A DNA stretch of 64,000 nt, taken from assembly GCA_027061725.1 (NCBI GenBank), contig JAMOVG010000382.1:15644-79643 (forward strand). The letters are read 5' to 3'. Below, piece by piece: positions 50,678 to 59,427 of this stretch. A program made the translations under genes and the position numbers. How positions within the stretch are numbered: the first letter of the stretch is position 1; each line of letters starts with the position of its first letter. A model generated the notes under the pieces. That model saw only the letters and a program-made list of their open reading frames with translations. It did not search any database and was not told the origin of the DNA. This DNA is from Desulfobacteraceae bacterium. Lineage in GTDB: Bacteria; Desulfobacterota; Desulfobacteria; Desulfobacterales; JALSRD01.

Positions 50678-50706
50678 CGAAAACCGCAGAGACCTTTCGT
50701 TCCGAT

Positions 50707-50734
50707 AAGAGGCCGTGGCAACACGGCCTCTTTT
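50707..50734 (+). terminator. Rho-independent terminator ending the pil/lipoprotein operon
   Basis: AAGAGGCCGTG-[GCAA]-CACGGCCTCTT gives an 11-bp perfect stem. It is followed by TTTG and lies 30 nt after the stop at 50677. Confidence 0.75.
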
Positions 50735-50780
50735 GCGTCGCCGCTTCGCGTATCGTACATCCACGCCCGCACAGTGCCCC

Positions 50781-50808
50781 TTGCAAAGCGGCACCAATGG
50801 GGTATAAT
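50781..50808 (+). promoter_or_regulatory. Near-consensus sigma-70 promoter for the gsp operon
   Basis: TTGCAA (50781-50786), a 16-nt spacer, then TATAAT (50803-50808), about 90 nt upstream of gspF ATG 50901. Confidence 0.55.
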
Positions 50809-50900
50809 CCGAGCATGCAGGCGAAATGCTCTTGCGGTTCCCTTTTCGGCGCGGCCGGGACGTGCCGCCGGTCTCCGGGAAACCGCCACGGATAACCGCC

Positions 50901-52127
50901 ATGCCGGTATACGACTACACCGCCCTTAACGCCAAGGGCAGAAAAGTTACAGGCATTATCGATGCCGACAGCCCGGTGGTGGCGCGGCAGCGGCTGCGCG
51001 AATCCCGCATCTACCCCGTGACGATCCGGGAAGTCAGTGCGGGCGAGGCCTCGCGGGAAAAGCACACACCGGAATCCCTGCGGGTTTTCTCGCGGGTGCG
51101 GCCGGTGGAGATATCCATGATGACGCGCCAGCTGGCCACCCTGGTGGGAGCGGGCTTCCCCCTGGTCTCGGCCATGGACGTGCTCATCCCCCAGACCAAG
51201 GCGCCGGCGCTCAAGAAGGTGCTGGCCCAGGTGCGCGAGTCGGTGGTGGAAGGCGCTGACTTCGCCACGGCCCTGTCCTCCTATCCCCGCCTGTTTTCGC
51301 CGCTTTACGTAAACATGGTACGGGCCGGTGAAACATCGGGAACCCTGGAAATCGTACTGGAACGACTGGCGGAAATCAGCGAGCGGCAGCAGGAGCTCAA
51401 GACACGCATCCGCGCCGCCCTGGCCTATCCCCTGTTCATGTCCCTGATCGGCATCGTGGTGCTGTTTCTGCTGATGATCTTCATCGTGCCCAACATCACC
51501 TCCATTTTCACGGACATGCACCAGACGCTGCCGGCGCCCACCCGTATGCTGATCGCGGTGAGCGCCTTTTTCAAGCGCTACTGGTGGCTGATGGCATTGG
51601 CCGTGGTCGCCGCCGCTGTGGTGCTGCGCCGTCTGAAAAAGACCCCCCGCGGCGAGTACATTTACCACCGCACGATTCTGCGGCTGCCGGTCATCGGCCT
51701 GCTGGTCCGAAAGCTGGCTGTAGCGCGTTTCGCGCGCACCCTGGGCTCGCTGCTGGAAAACGGCGTCCCGCTGCTCAATTCGCTGGACATCGTTAAGAAC
51801 ATCACCGGAAACCGCTTGATCGCCGAGGCCATCGAGGCGGCGGCCGTGGAAGTGGGCCGAGGGCAGCCGTTGGCCCGATCCCTGGAGCCGGGCGACACCT
51901 TCCCCGACCTCTCGATCCAGATGATCCAGGTGGGGGAACAGAGTGGCAACCTGGAACAGATGCTGAAGAAAATCGCCGATGTCTACGAAACCGAGGTGGC
52001 ATCACGGGTGCTGGCCATGACATCCCTGCTCGAACCGGTCATGATCCTCGTAATGGGGGTGGTGGTCGGCTTCATCGTGCTGTCCATCTGCCTGCCCATT
52101 TTTGAGATGAACCAGTTGGTGAAGTGA
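50901..52127 (+). CDS. gspF: Type II secretion system inner-membrane platform protein GspF
   Basis: The start was moved to ATG 50901, giving MPVYDYTALNAKGRKVTGIIDADSPVVARQRLRESRIYP. It has the duplicated T2SF domain and three TM segments. 408 aa. Confidence 0.9.
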   Translation: MPVYDYTALNAKGRKVTGIIDADSPVVARQRLRESRIYPVTIREVSAGEASREKHTPESLRVFSRVRPVEISMMTRQLATLVGAGFPLVSAMDVLIPQTKAPALKKVLAQVRESVVEGADFATALSSYPRLFSPLYVNMVRAGETSGTLEIVLERLAEISERQQELKTRIRAALAYPLFMSLIGIVVLFLLMIFIVPNITSIFTDMHQTLPAPTRMLIAVSAFFKRYWWLMALAVVAAAVVLRRLKKTPRGEYIYHRTILRLPVIGLLVRKLAVARFARTLGSLLENGVPLLNSLDIVKNITGNRLIAEAIEAAAVEVGRGQPLARSLEPGDTFPDLSIQMIQVGEQSGNLEQMLKKIADVYETEVASRVLAMTSLLEPVMILVMGVVVGFIVLSICLPIFEMNQLVK

Positions 52128-52255
52128 GCAAGGGTTTCAGCGATCAGCTGTCGGGGACCGGGTACTATCGTGAAGCGAACCGTCATTAATTCATTGCTGG
52201 ACTGATTGGCGTCCGGGTCGCCTTGGAAGCGGCGACGGGTGCCAAGGGAGGAAAT

Positions 52256-52711
52256 ATGCGAATCAGGAAACAACTGTTCCGAACCCATTGCGAGGGGTTC
52301 ACGCTGATCGAACTGATGGTGGTCATCGTCATTCTGGGTATTTTGGCTACGTTCATCGTCCCCCGCATAATGGGAGAGCCTGAAAAGGCCAAAAGAGTAA
52401 AAGCGCGCATCCAAATTGAAAGTCTGGAAACCGCGCTGAAATCCTATAAACTCGACAACGGATTCTACCCCACCACCGAGCAGGGGCTGCAGGCCCTGGT
52501 GGAAAAGCCCGAGTCGGCCCCCGTGCCCAAGAACTGGCGCAAGGGCGGCTACATCGAGAAGGGCAAAATCCCCAAGGATCCCTGGGGCAACGACTTCGTC
52601 TACTTGAGCCCCGGCGCCCACGGCGACTACGACATCATCTGCTACGGGGCCGACGGCGTACCGGGCGGCGAGGACAACAACAAGGACATCAACAGCTGGG
52701 AAGTCGAGTGA
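52256..52711 (+). CDS. gspG: Type II secretion major pseudopilin GspG
   Basis: The start was moved to ATG 52256 (RBS GGGAGG). Prepilin leader and cleavage site CEG|[17 protein letters not shown]. GspG core ([22 protein letters not shown]...[26 protein letters not shown]). Confidence 0.9.
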   Translation: MRIRKQLFRTHCEGFTLIELMVVIVILGILATFIVPRIMGEPEKAKRVKARIQIESLETALKSYKLDNGFYPTTEQGLQALVEKPESAPVPKNWRKGGYIEKGKIPKDPWGNDFVYLSPGAHGDYDIICYGADGVPGGEDNNKDINSWEVE

Positions 52712-52715
52712 GGCC

Positions 52716-53228
52716 ATGAGGGGTCACGCCGGCCGACAGAGCGGCTTCACGCTTATCGAACTGGTGGTGGTCACCGCTCTGATCACGCTGATGCTTTTCA
52801 TGGCCGTGCCCCGTTTCCAGGTGCTGGTGTCGGGAGACGACGCCCGCCGGACGGCCCGCTGGCTGCTGATGGAAGTGCCGCTGCTCAAAAGCCGCGCCGT
52901 CCAGGAGCAACGCGACTACCTGCTGCATTTCGATTTCGACCGCCAACTGGCCTGGGTGACCCACGAAGGCATGCAGGAAGAGCAAGCCCGGGCGGCGGCC
53001 GAGAACGGGTACCGGCCGCCGGAGAGTGTGCGATGGGCGGACTTGACCTTCGCCGGCGGCCCCACGGTTTCCAGCGCGCAGGCGGTGCTGCGCTTCTACC
53101 GGCAGGGCTACTCGGACCGGGTGTTCATTCACCTGCGCGACGACAACGACCGGCGCTTTTCGGTAAAGGTGGAGCCCTTTCTGCCGCGCCCTGAATTTTA
53201 CGACCACTTCGTCGATTTCCATGAATGA
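52716..53228 (+). CDS. gspH: Minor pseudopilin, GspH-like
   Basis: 170 aa. Prepilin motif QSG|FTLIELVVV. The assignment rests on position after gspG and on size. Confidence 0.7.
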   Translation: MRGHAGRQSGFTLIELVVVTALITLMLFMAVPRFQVLVSGDDARRTARWLLMEVPLLKSRAVQEQRDYLLHFDFDRQLAWVTHEGMQEEQARAAAENGYRPPESVRWADLTFAGGPTVSSAQAVLRFYRQGYSDRVFIHLRDDNDRRFSVKVEPFLPRPEFYDHFVDFHE

Positions 53229-53637
53229 CAACGGCGCCACGAACCGGTTTTCAACCGCCACCGGCCGGCGGGGCTTCACCTTTCTCGAGATCATGGTGGC
53301 CCTGGCCATCCTGTCCATCGTGCTGACCGCCGTCTACCGCATGCAGTCCCAGACCATCTCCATGAACACGCAGAAGCAGTTCCTCACCCTGGCGCCGCTG
53401 CTGGGCGCAGGCCGGCTGGCGTCACTGGAAAGCACGAACCTGGAAGACGGCGCGGACGAATCCGGCGATTTCGGCGAGGACTACCCCGGCTACCGCTGGC
53501 AGGTCACGGCGACACCGGTGGAATCGGAACTGCTGACGGCCGCCGGGGCCCTGCTGGTGCGCATCGACATGACCGTCTCCTATCAGGAGAACACCTACAC
53601 TCTCCACCTCAAGACTTACCGTTTCGTAGCGAAATGA
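53221..53637 (+). CDS. gspI: Minor pseudopilin, GspI-like
   Basis: 138 aa. Prepilin motif RRG|FTFLEIMVALAIL. It overlaps gspH by 8 nt. Confidence 0.7.
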   Translation: MNDNGATNRFSTATGRRGFTFLEIMVALAILSIVLTAVYRMQSQTISMNTQKQFLTLAPLLGAGRLASLESTNLEDGADESGDFGEDYPGYRWQVTATPVESELLTAAGALLVRIDMTVSYQENTYTLHLKTYRFVAK

Positions 53638-54335
53638 CTGGCCTTTCCAAGATCGCCCCGCCCGTTCGCCAACGCGGATTCACCCTGGTGGAAATCCTGG
53701 TGGCCATCTTTATCTTCGCGGTGGTTATGGCCACGGTTTTCGGCTCCTTCCAGGCCGTCTTTTTCAACAGCGAGAAAATCCGGGGTGCCGACGCCGCCAC
53801 CGAAGCCGCCCAGGCTTGCTTCGACCGCATGGTCGTCGACCTGCTGGAGATCTATATCGCCCAGCCGCCCTACTACAAACCGCCGGGGATGAACGACCCG
53901 CCCACCGACTACCGCCTGGTGGCGGACACCACCGTGGTGGACGGCCGCGAGTTCTCGCGACTGCGGTTCACTTCGCTGGCCCACACCCCCATGGGAATGA
54001 ACCCCGGTGAGGGCATCGCCCAGATCGTATACTACGTGACGGCCGCCGAAGACGGCCCGCCGGAGCTGCGGCGATCCGACACCCTGTTTCCCTACAAAGA
54101 CATCAAGCCCGGACCGGCCGACCCGTTGCTGTGCCGCAATGTCGACGCTTTCACCGTGGAACTGATCGACCACGAGGGCAAAAGCCATCCCAGCTGGAAT
54201 TCAGACAACGAGGATTTCGGCTACGCCACGCCCCGGGCGGTGCGTATCGCCCTGTCCATCGGTCGCCCACCGGAGGTGCGCAAGTTCGAAACCACCGTGA
54301 AGCTGCCCGCGTTCCGCAGGCCGAGGAACCCATGA
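53634..54335 (+). CDS. gspJ: Minor pseudopilin, GspJ-like
   Basis: 233 aa. Prepilin motif QRG|FTLVEILVAIFIF. ATGA overlap with gspI. Confidence 0.7.
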   Translation: MTGLSKIAPPVRQRGFTLVEILVAIFIFAVVMATVFGSFQAVFFNSEKIRGADAATEAAQACFDRMVVDLLEIYIAQPPYYKPPGMNDPPTDYRLVADTTVVDGREFSRLRFTSLAHTPMGMNPGEGIAQIVYYVTAAEDGPPELRRSDTLFPYKDIKPGPADPLLCRNVDAFTVELIDHEGKSHPSWNSDNEDFGYATPRAVRIALSIGRPPEVRKFETTVKLPAFRRPRNP

Positions 54336-55408
54336 AGCGACCGTCCGCCATCGGAAACAGACGCGGCATTGCCCTGCTGATCACGCTGGCGGTGACCACC
54401 GTACTGGTCACCACGGTGCTGGAGATGAACCGCCAGGCGCGTTCGAGTCTCAGCACCGCCGCCGTAATGCGCGACCGCACGTCACTGCTGCTCATGGCCG
54501 AATCGGGTGTCCAGGTGGCCATGGCCGTGCTCATTCACGACAAGCAGACATCACGCACCGACACCATCCAGGAAGACTGGGCCAACCCCCTTTTCCTGCA
54601 GCAGGCCATGGAGGCGCTGTCCTTCGAGGACGGCAAGGTGGAGCTGGCCATCGAGGACGAAATGGGCAAGATCCAGGTCAACGCGCTGGTGGACCCGCCC
54701 GGCGGACACCGCTTCAACACCCACCAGCAGCAGCTGTGGGAACGATTCCTGGGCATCATGGGCCCGTTGCTGGAGATGGACGAGAATTTTGAGGCCACAG
54801 CCGTCATCAACGCCGTCAAAGACTGGATCGACGCCGGAGACGACGACGCCATCACCGGCCTGACGGGGGCCGAGTCGGACTATTACCGCGAACTCGATCC
54901 GCCCTACGCCTGCCGCAACGCCCCCCTGCCCTACCTGCCTGAAATGCTGAAGATAAAGGGTGTCACCCCGCACCTTTTCTTCGGCACCGAACAGCAGCCC
55001 GGCATCGCCGCCTACCTGACGGTATGGGGTGCGGCCCAGCCGACCGATAATACCTTGACATTCAATGGAAAAATAAATATAAATACCGCGGCATTACCCG
55101 TGATCGCGGCCATGCTGCCAACCGAAAATCAGGATCTGGCCCAGGCGATCTTCGACTATCGCCAAGAGATCTCCGACGACCAGTTTGCCAACGACATATC
55201 CGCTCCCGGGTGGATCAAAAACGTTCCGGGGGCCGCAGGCCTCAAGATCGACCCGAAAATCATGACAACCGCCAGCGACGTTTTCCGAATCGAGTCCAAG
55301 GCCACTGCCAGGGGGCGTACCCTGACGGTGACCACGGTGGTGCAGCGCGTTCAGGACACCACCAGCAAAAAGACGACTTGCAGGGTGTTGACTTGGCGCA
55401 TCGACTGA
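54332..55408 (+). CDS. gspK: Minor pseudopilin GspK
   Basis: The start was moved to ATG 54332 (ATGA overlap with gspJ). The N-terminus RRG|IALLITLAV lacks Glu5, as in GspK. About 358 aa. It has the helix-hairpin-helix-like region typical of GspK (GKININTAALPVIAAML). Confidence 0.75.
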   Translation: MKRPSAIGNRRGIALLITLAVTTVLVTTVLEMNRQARSSLSTAAVMRDRTSLLLMAESGVQVAMAVLIHDKQTSRTDTIQEDWANPLFLQQAMEALSFEDGKVELAIEDEMGKIQVNALVDPPGGHRFNTHQQQLWERFLGIMGPLLEMDENFEATAVINAVKDWIDAGDDDAITGLTGAESDYYRELDPPYACRNAPLPYLPEMLKIKGVTPHLFFGTEQQPGIAAYLTVWGAAQPTDNTLTFNGKININTAALPVIAAMLPTENQDLAQAIFDYRQEISDDQFANDISAPGWIKNVPGAAGLKIDPKIMTTASDVFRIESKATARGRTLTVTTVVQRVQDTTSKKTTCRVLTWRID

Positions 55409-55434
55409 CGGGGCGCAACCCCCGCCCGTAACAG

Positions 55435-55453
55435 CTGCCGCAGCGTGCGGCAG
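55435..55453 (+). other. 8-bp perfect hairpin in the gspK-gspL spacer
   Basis: CTGCCGCA-[GCG]-TGCGGCAG, read directly. No U-tract. It may be an RNA stability or processing element, or may have no function. Confidence 0.25.
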
Positions 55454-55488
55454 TCGTAACAGGCTGCAAAACAATCAGAATCCACGCA

Positions 55489-56946
55489 ATGGCCAAAAAA
55501 GTTCTCGGCTTGGATGTCAGCTCGGACGGAATCGGCGCCGTATTGCTCAAGCGCGGCGTCAAGACCCACGCGATTGAGGCCTGCGCCCACATCGCCCTGG
55601 CCCAGAACGCCCCTTTCGAGGAATCCCTGGCGGCCGCGCTTGAAAAGCTGTGCGCGCAGATGGACATCGGCGACGTCATCTGCTCCGCCTCCTTCCCGGC
55701 CGAACGCATCTCCTACCGCCATGTGGAAGTGCCCTTCAGGGCGGCGCGCAAGATCCGCCAGGTGTTGCCCTTCGAACTGGAACCCGGCCTGCCCTTCCCC
55801 GTGGAGGACACGGTGTGGGCCTACCAGGGACTGGGCGGCACCCGCCAGAACACCCTGCTGGCTGCGGCGGCCGTCAAGGCCGAGTTCGATGCCTACCTGG
55901 CCTGCCTGAAACATTTCGGCCTCGATCCGGCCTCCGTATCCCCGGCCGGCTATGCCCTGGCGCTGTTGACCGACGAACAGGCAAAAAAACAGGAGACCGG
56001 CGACGACCGGTGGATGCTGATCGACATCGGTCGTCAGGCGGCGACCGTTTTCCTTCTGGCCGGCGGCCTCATCCAGGCGGTGCGGCCGGTGGCCCGCAAA
56101 AGCGCCCACCCCTGGTCAGCGGCGGAAGTGGCCGCCACCATCCGTCGGACCCTGCATGCCTTTTCCGAACGCGTCCCCGGCGGCTATACTCCCGGGCAGA
56201 TTTTCATCACCGGCTACGACCTGCTGGACGTAAACCTGGAATCCGAGCTGGCGGGCCTGCTGTCCCTTCCGGTGAAACGCACCGACCTGTCGGGCAGCCT
56301 GCCGGTGAGCCTTGACGAGCGGGCGCTCGAAAACTGGCGCGCCCATCGCATGGACAAGGCCCTGGCCCTGGCGTATGCCGGCTTCGGGCTTTCCGGCCGC
56401 CAGCTGCTGGATTTCCGTGAGGGCTCTGCGCCGCGCATCCGTTTCTGGTCCCAGTACCGCCGGCAACTGGTCACGGCCGGGGTGCTGGCCCTGCTGGTGG
56501 TAGTCCTCATGGGCGCCGACCTGCTGTCGCAGACGCACGTCCTGGAGCGAAGACTGGAGATGCTCAACGCACGCATCACCGAAGTCTTCCGGTCGACTTT
56601 CCCGGAAGTCAAAAACATCGTCGACCCTCTGCAGCAGATGCGCGTCAAATTGCGTGAGATCGACCAGCGCATGCCCGAAGGAATCAGCACACGGCCGTCG
56701 GCCTTGGCGATCCTGGACGACATCAGCCGCAGCATCCCCAACAGCATCGACGTGGTGTTTTCGCGGCTGGTGATCACCGGTGACAACGTGCAGATCTCGG
56801 CCGAAACCGACACGTTCAACGCTGTGGACGAGATTAAGAACCGCCTGACGCAATCCGAATTGTTCGGCAAGGTGGACATTACGTCGGCCAACATGGACAA
56901 AACCAGCCGGCGTGTCCGCTTCAAACTCAAGCTGCACCTGGCCTGA
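55489..56946 (+). CDS. gspL: GspL-like assembly-platform protein (PilM-like cytoplasmic domain, one TM, PilN-like periplasmic domain)
   Basis: 485 aa. N-terminal actin-like start VLGLDVSSDGIGAVLL. A central TM (LVTAGVLALLVVVLMGA). A periplasmic ferredoxin-like C-terminus. Position after gspK. Confidence 0.7.
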   Translation: MAKKVLGLDVSSDGIGAVLLKRGVKTHAIEACAHIALAQNAPFEESLAAALEKLCAQMDIGDVICSASFPAERISYRHVEVPFRAARKIRQVLPFELEPGLPFPVEDTVWAYQGLGGTRQNTLLAAAAVKAEFDAYLACLKHFGLDPASVSPAGYALALLTDEQAKKQETGDDRWMLIDIGRQAATVFLLAGGLIQAVRPVARKSAHPWSAAEVAATIRRTLHAFSERVPGGYTPGQIFITGYDLLDVNLESELAGLLSLPVKRTDLSGSLPVSLDERALENWRAHRMDKALALAYAGFGLSGRQLLDFREGSAPRIRFWSQYRRQLVTAGVLALLVVVLMGADLLSQTHVLERRLEMLNARITEVFRSTFPEVKNIVDPLQQMRVKLREIDQRMPEGISTRPSALAILDDISRSIPNSIDVVFSRLVITGDNVQISAETDTFNAVDEIKNRLTQSELFGKVDITSANMDKTSRRVRFKLKLHLA

Positions 56947-57013
56947 TGAATTCTATGGACGGGCGGGAGATGGACAAGATGCACAAATCCGAAAGGCGAG
57001 GCCGGCGCCGGCC

Positions 57014-57544
57014 ATGAGAAACCTGACCCTCGGCAGACGCGAGAAGATCCTGGTCATCACGGCGGCCGTGCTGGTGACGCTTTTCGTGGTGACGCAGTTC
57101 GTGGTGGGCCCCCTGCTGGACAGGCGTCAGCGCCTGCGCGACAGTATCGCCTCCCAGAAAAAAAATCTGGCGGAAATCCTGGCGCTCAAGTCCGAGTACG
57201 AACGCCTGCGTCGCCAAGCGGACCAGGCCCGCGCGCGCCTCATGCACCGGGAAAAGGGATTCACCCTATTCTCCTTTCTTGAGGGGCTGGCAGGGCAGAC
57301 CGGCCTCAAGGAGAGCATCAGCTACATGAAGCCGGCGGTGAAGGAACACCGCCAGGGCGGCTTCAGGAGCGCCAGCGTGGAGATGAAGTTCAAATCCATC
57401 ACCCTGAAACAGCTGGCCGAATTCCTCAAACGGGTGGAGACCGCCAACAAGAGCATCTTCATCAAGCGCCTTTCGGTTACCCGCCAGGGGAAACGGCAGA
57501 AACGCATCGATGCCGTACTGCTGGTGGAGACCTACGTGCTTTGA
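57014..57544 (+). CDS. gspM: GspM-like bitopic protein
   Basis: The start was moved to ATG 57014. About 176 aa, with an N-terminal TM (ILVITAAVLVTLFVVTQFVV), a coiled coil and a small alpha/beta domain. Called by position and architecture. Confidence 0.6.
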   Translation: MRNLTLGRREKILVITAAVLVTLFVVTQFVVGPLLDRRQRLRDSIASQKKNLAEILALKSEYERLRRQADQARARLMHREKGFTLFSFLEGLAGQTGLKESISYMKPAVKEHRQGGFRSASVEMKFKSITLKQLAEFLKRVETANKSIFIKRLSVTRQGKRQKRIDAVLLVETYVL

Positions 57545-57663
57545 GCTTCCGGCAGGGAGGCGCTGACGGGGGAGGAACCGTTGGGCGCGGTTTGCGAAAA
57601 GCGCCGTAATATCATGAGCCTGCGTATTTTTTGGCTATCAGGAGAACAGCGTTGGCATCGAAG

Positions 57664-58518
57664 ATGAAAAATACACCGCCGTGGGTGCTCTACGTTCTCT
57701 ACTTCCTGGCCGTCACGGCGGTCTTGCTCTACATGCTGTTCCCCGCCGATACGGTAAAGCGCTACGTGGAGAGCCTGGGCAGCCGACTGGACCCGGCCCT
57801 GCAAACCACCGTCGATCGGGTGCGCCCCGCGTTTCCCGCCAGCGTGCGCCTTTCCGGCATCCGGCTGCGCTACAACCGCCGGCTGCTGTTCGGGGCGGAC
57901 CGGGCCACAGTGTCCCCGCGGCTGATGGCGTATCTTGCGGGCAAAAGGGGCTACACGCTGCGCTGTGAAACTTACGGCGGAAGGATCACGGCCCGGTTGG
58001 AAATCGCATCCGACCAGCCGGCCGGACGCATTCGCATCGACGCCCTGGACCTGTCGAAGATCCCGCTACTGCAGGGACTCGGCCGCCTGAAACCGGCCGG
58101 ACGCCTTGACCTCGCCGTTGATTTTCGGACCACCGACGGGGTGCTGACGGGCAAGGGAGGTTTCCATGTAAGGGATTTAAAAGTTCACCTCGAAGAAATG
58201 GTCCCGGCCGCAGCCGAACTGTCCTTCGCCAGCGTGGACGGCAAGCTCCGTCTGGAGGGAAAACAGCTGACCATCACCGGCGGCCGCGCCAAGGGGCGCC
58301 AGGCCGACGCCGCCATCCAGGGGTCGCTCAACGTGACGGCGCCTTTCACGGAAAGCGGCCTGGACCTGTCGCTGACGCTCCGCCCCCACGCGGAGTTCAT
58401 CGCCGCACTGCGCAAGGATCCATCCCTGCGGTGGTTGTCGGCCGGCATGGCGGGCAGCCGGGGATTGCCCCTGCGCATCTTCGGCACCATCGAGAAACCG
58501 CAGGTAGCGGTGCAGTAA
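57664..58518 (+). CDS. gspN: GspN-like protein
   Basis: The start was moved to ATG 57664. An N-terminal TM (PPWVLYVLYFLAVTAVLLYMLF) is followed by a beta-rich periplasmic domain. The size and position match GspN. Confidence 0.6.
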   Translation: MKNTPPWVLYVLYFLAVTAVLLYMLFPADTVKRYVESLGSRLDPALQTTVDRVRPAFPASVRLSGIRLRYNRRLLFGADRATVSPRLMAYLAGKRGYTLRCETYGGRITARLEIASDQPAGRIRIDALDLSKIPLLQGLGRLKPAGRLDLAVDFRTTDGVLTGKGGFHVRDLKVHLEEMVPAAAELSFASVDGKLRLEGKQLTITGGRAKGRQADAAIQGSLNVTAPFTESGLDLSLTLRPHAEFIAALRKDPSLRWLSAGMAGSRGLPLRIFGTIEKPQVAVQ

Positions 58519-58534
58519 CCGGATCACAGCGCCT

Positions 58535-59401
58535 ATGAAACGTCTGTTCGTCATCGTCAACCTGATCCTGCTGACGGCCGCGTCCTACTACGCCGTCCGG
58601 ATTTTCTATCGCTTGTCCATGGCCGACCTGGTGGTGGAGACCCTGCCCGTTACGCCCGCGTCCGCCGCGGCGGTTCAGAAAACCCGGCAACCCCATCCGG
58701 TGGCGGACATCCGTGCGATCGTAGAGCGCAACCTCTTCAAGACCGACACGCAGGTGGCCTCGACGCCGGCAGCGGAAAAACCGGTGGACGTGGAAGAGCT
58801 GCAACCGACAAAACTCAACCTGAAACTGTGGGGCACGGTGGCCTCGCCGGGAGGCCGATCCTTCGCCGTTATCGAGGATGTCAAGAACCGGCGCCAGCGC
58901 CTGATCCGCGAAAATGACCGCATCGAAAACGCCACGGTCAAGAAAATCCTGCGGGGACGCGTCATCCTGTCGGTCGACGGGCGCGACGAAGTGCTGGAGA
59001 TGGAGAAGATCCGCACCGCCTCACGCCGGGGGCCGCGCCTGCCCTCCCGCGCACAACGCGGCGAAGGCGAGGAACCGCCCGAAGAACACGTGCGCGTCCA
59101 GCAGAGCGAGATCGAGAGCGCCGTCAGAAACGTCAACCAGCTGATGAAGCAGGTGCGTATCCGACCCCACTTCACCAACGGCAGGGCCGACGGACTGCGG
59201 CTGACCGGAATCCGCTCGGGATCCATCTTCAGCCGCATGGGGCTGCGCAGCGGCGACATCCTGGTGGGCGTGGACGGCGAACGCATCCAGTCGGTGGACG
59301 ACGCCCTCAAGTTCTATCGGAGTCTTAAGTCCGCCACCAATGTCAAGCTGACCGTCAAACGCGGCGGACGAGAAAAAACCATCGATTATCAGGTGGAATA
59401 G
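58535..59401 (+). CDS. gspC: GspC with C-terminal PDZ domain
   Basis: 288 aa. N-terminal TM (LFVIVNLILLTAASYYAV). An HR-like domain (LKLWGTVASPGGRSFAVIEDVKNRRQRLIRENDRI). PDZ domain (GLRLTGIRSGSIFSRMGLRSGDILVGVDGERI). Confidence 0.72.
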   Translation: MKRLFVIVNLILLTAASYYAVRIFYRLSMADLVVETLPVTPASAAAVQKTRQPHPVADIRAIVERNLFKTDTQVASTPAAEKPVDVEELQPTKLNLKLWGTVASPGGRSFAVIEDVKNRRQRLIRENDRIENATVKKILRGRVILSVDGRDEVLEMEKIRTASRRGPRLPSRAQRGEGEEPPEEHVRVQQSEIESAVRNVNQLMKQVRIRPHFTNGRADGLRLTGIRSGSIFSRMGLRSGDILVGVDGERIQSVDDALKFYRSLKSATNVKLTVKRGGREKTIDYQVE

Positions 59402-59427
59402 TGCTACTTTACACTGCTTGCAGAAAA

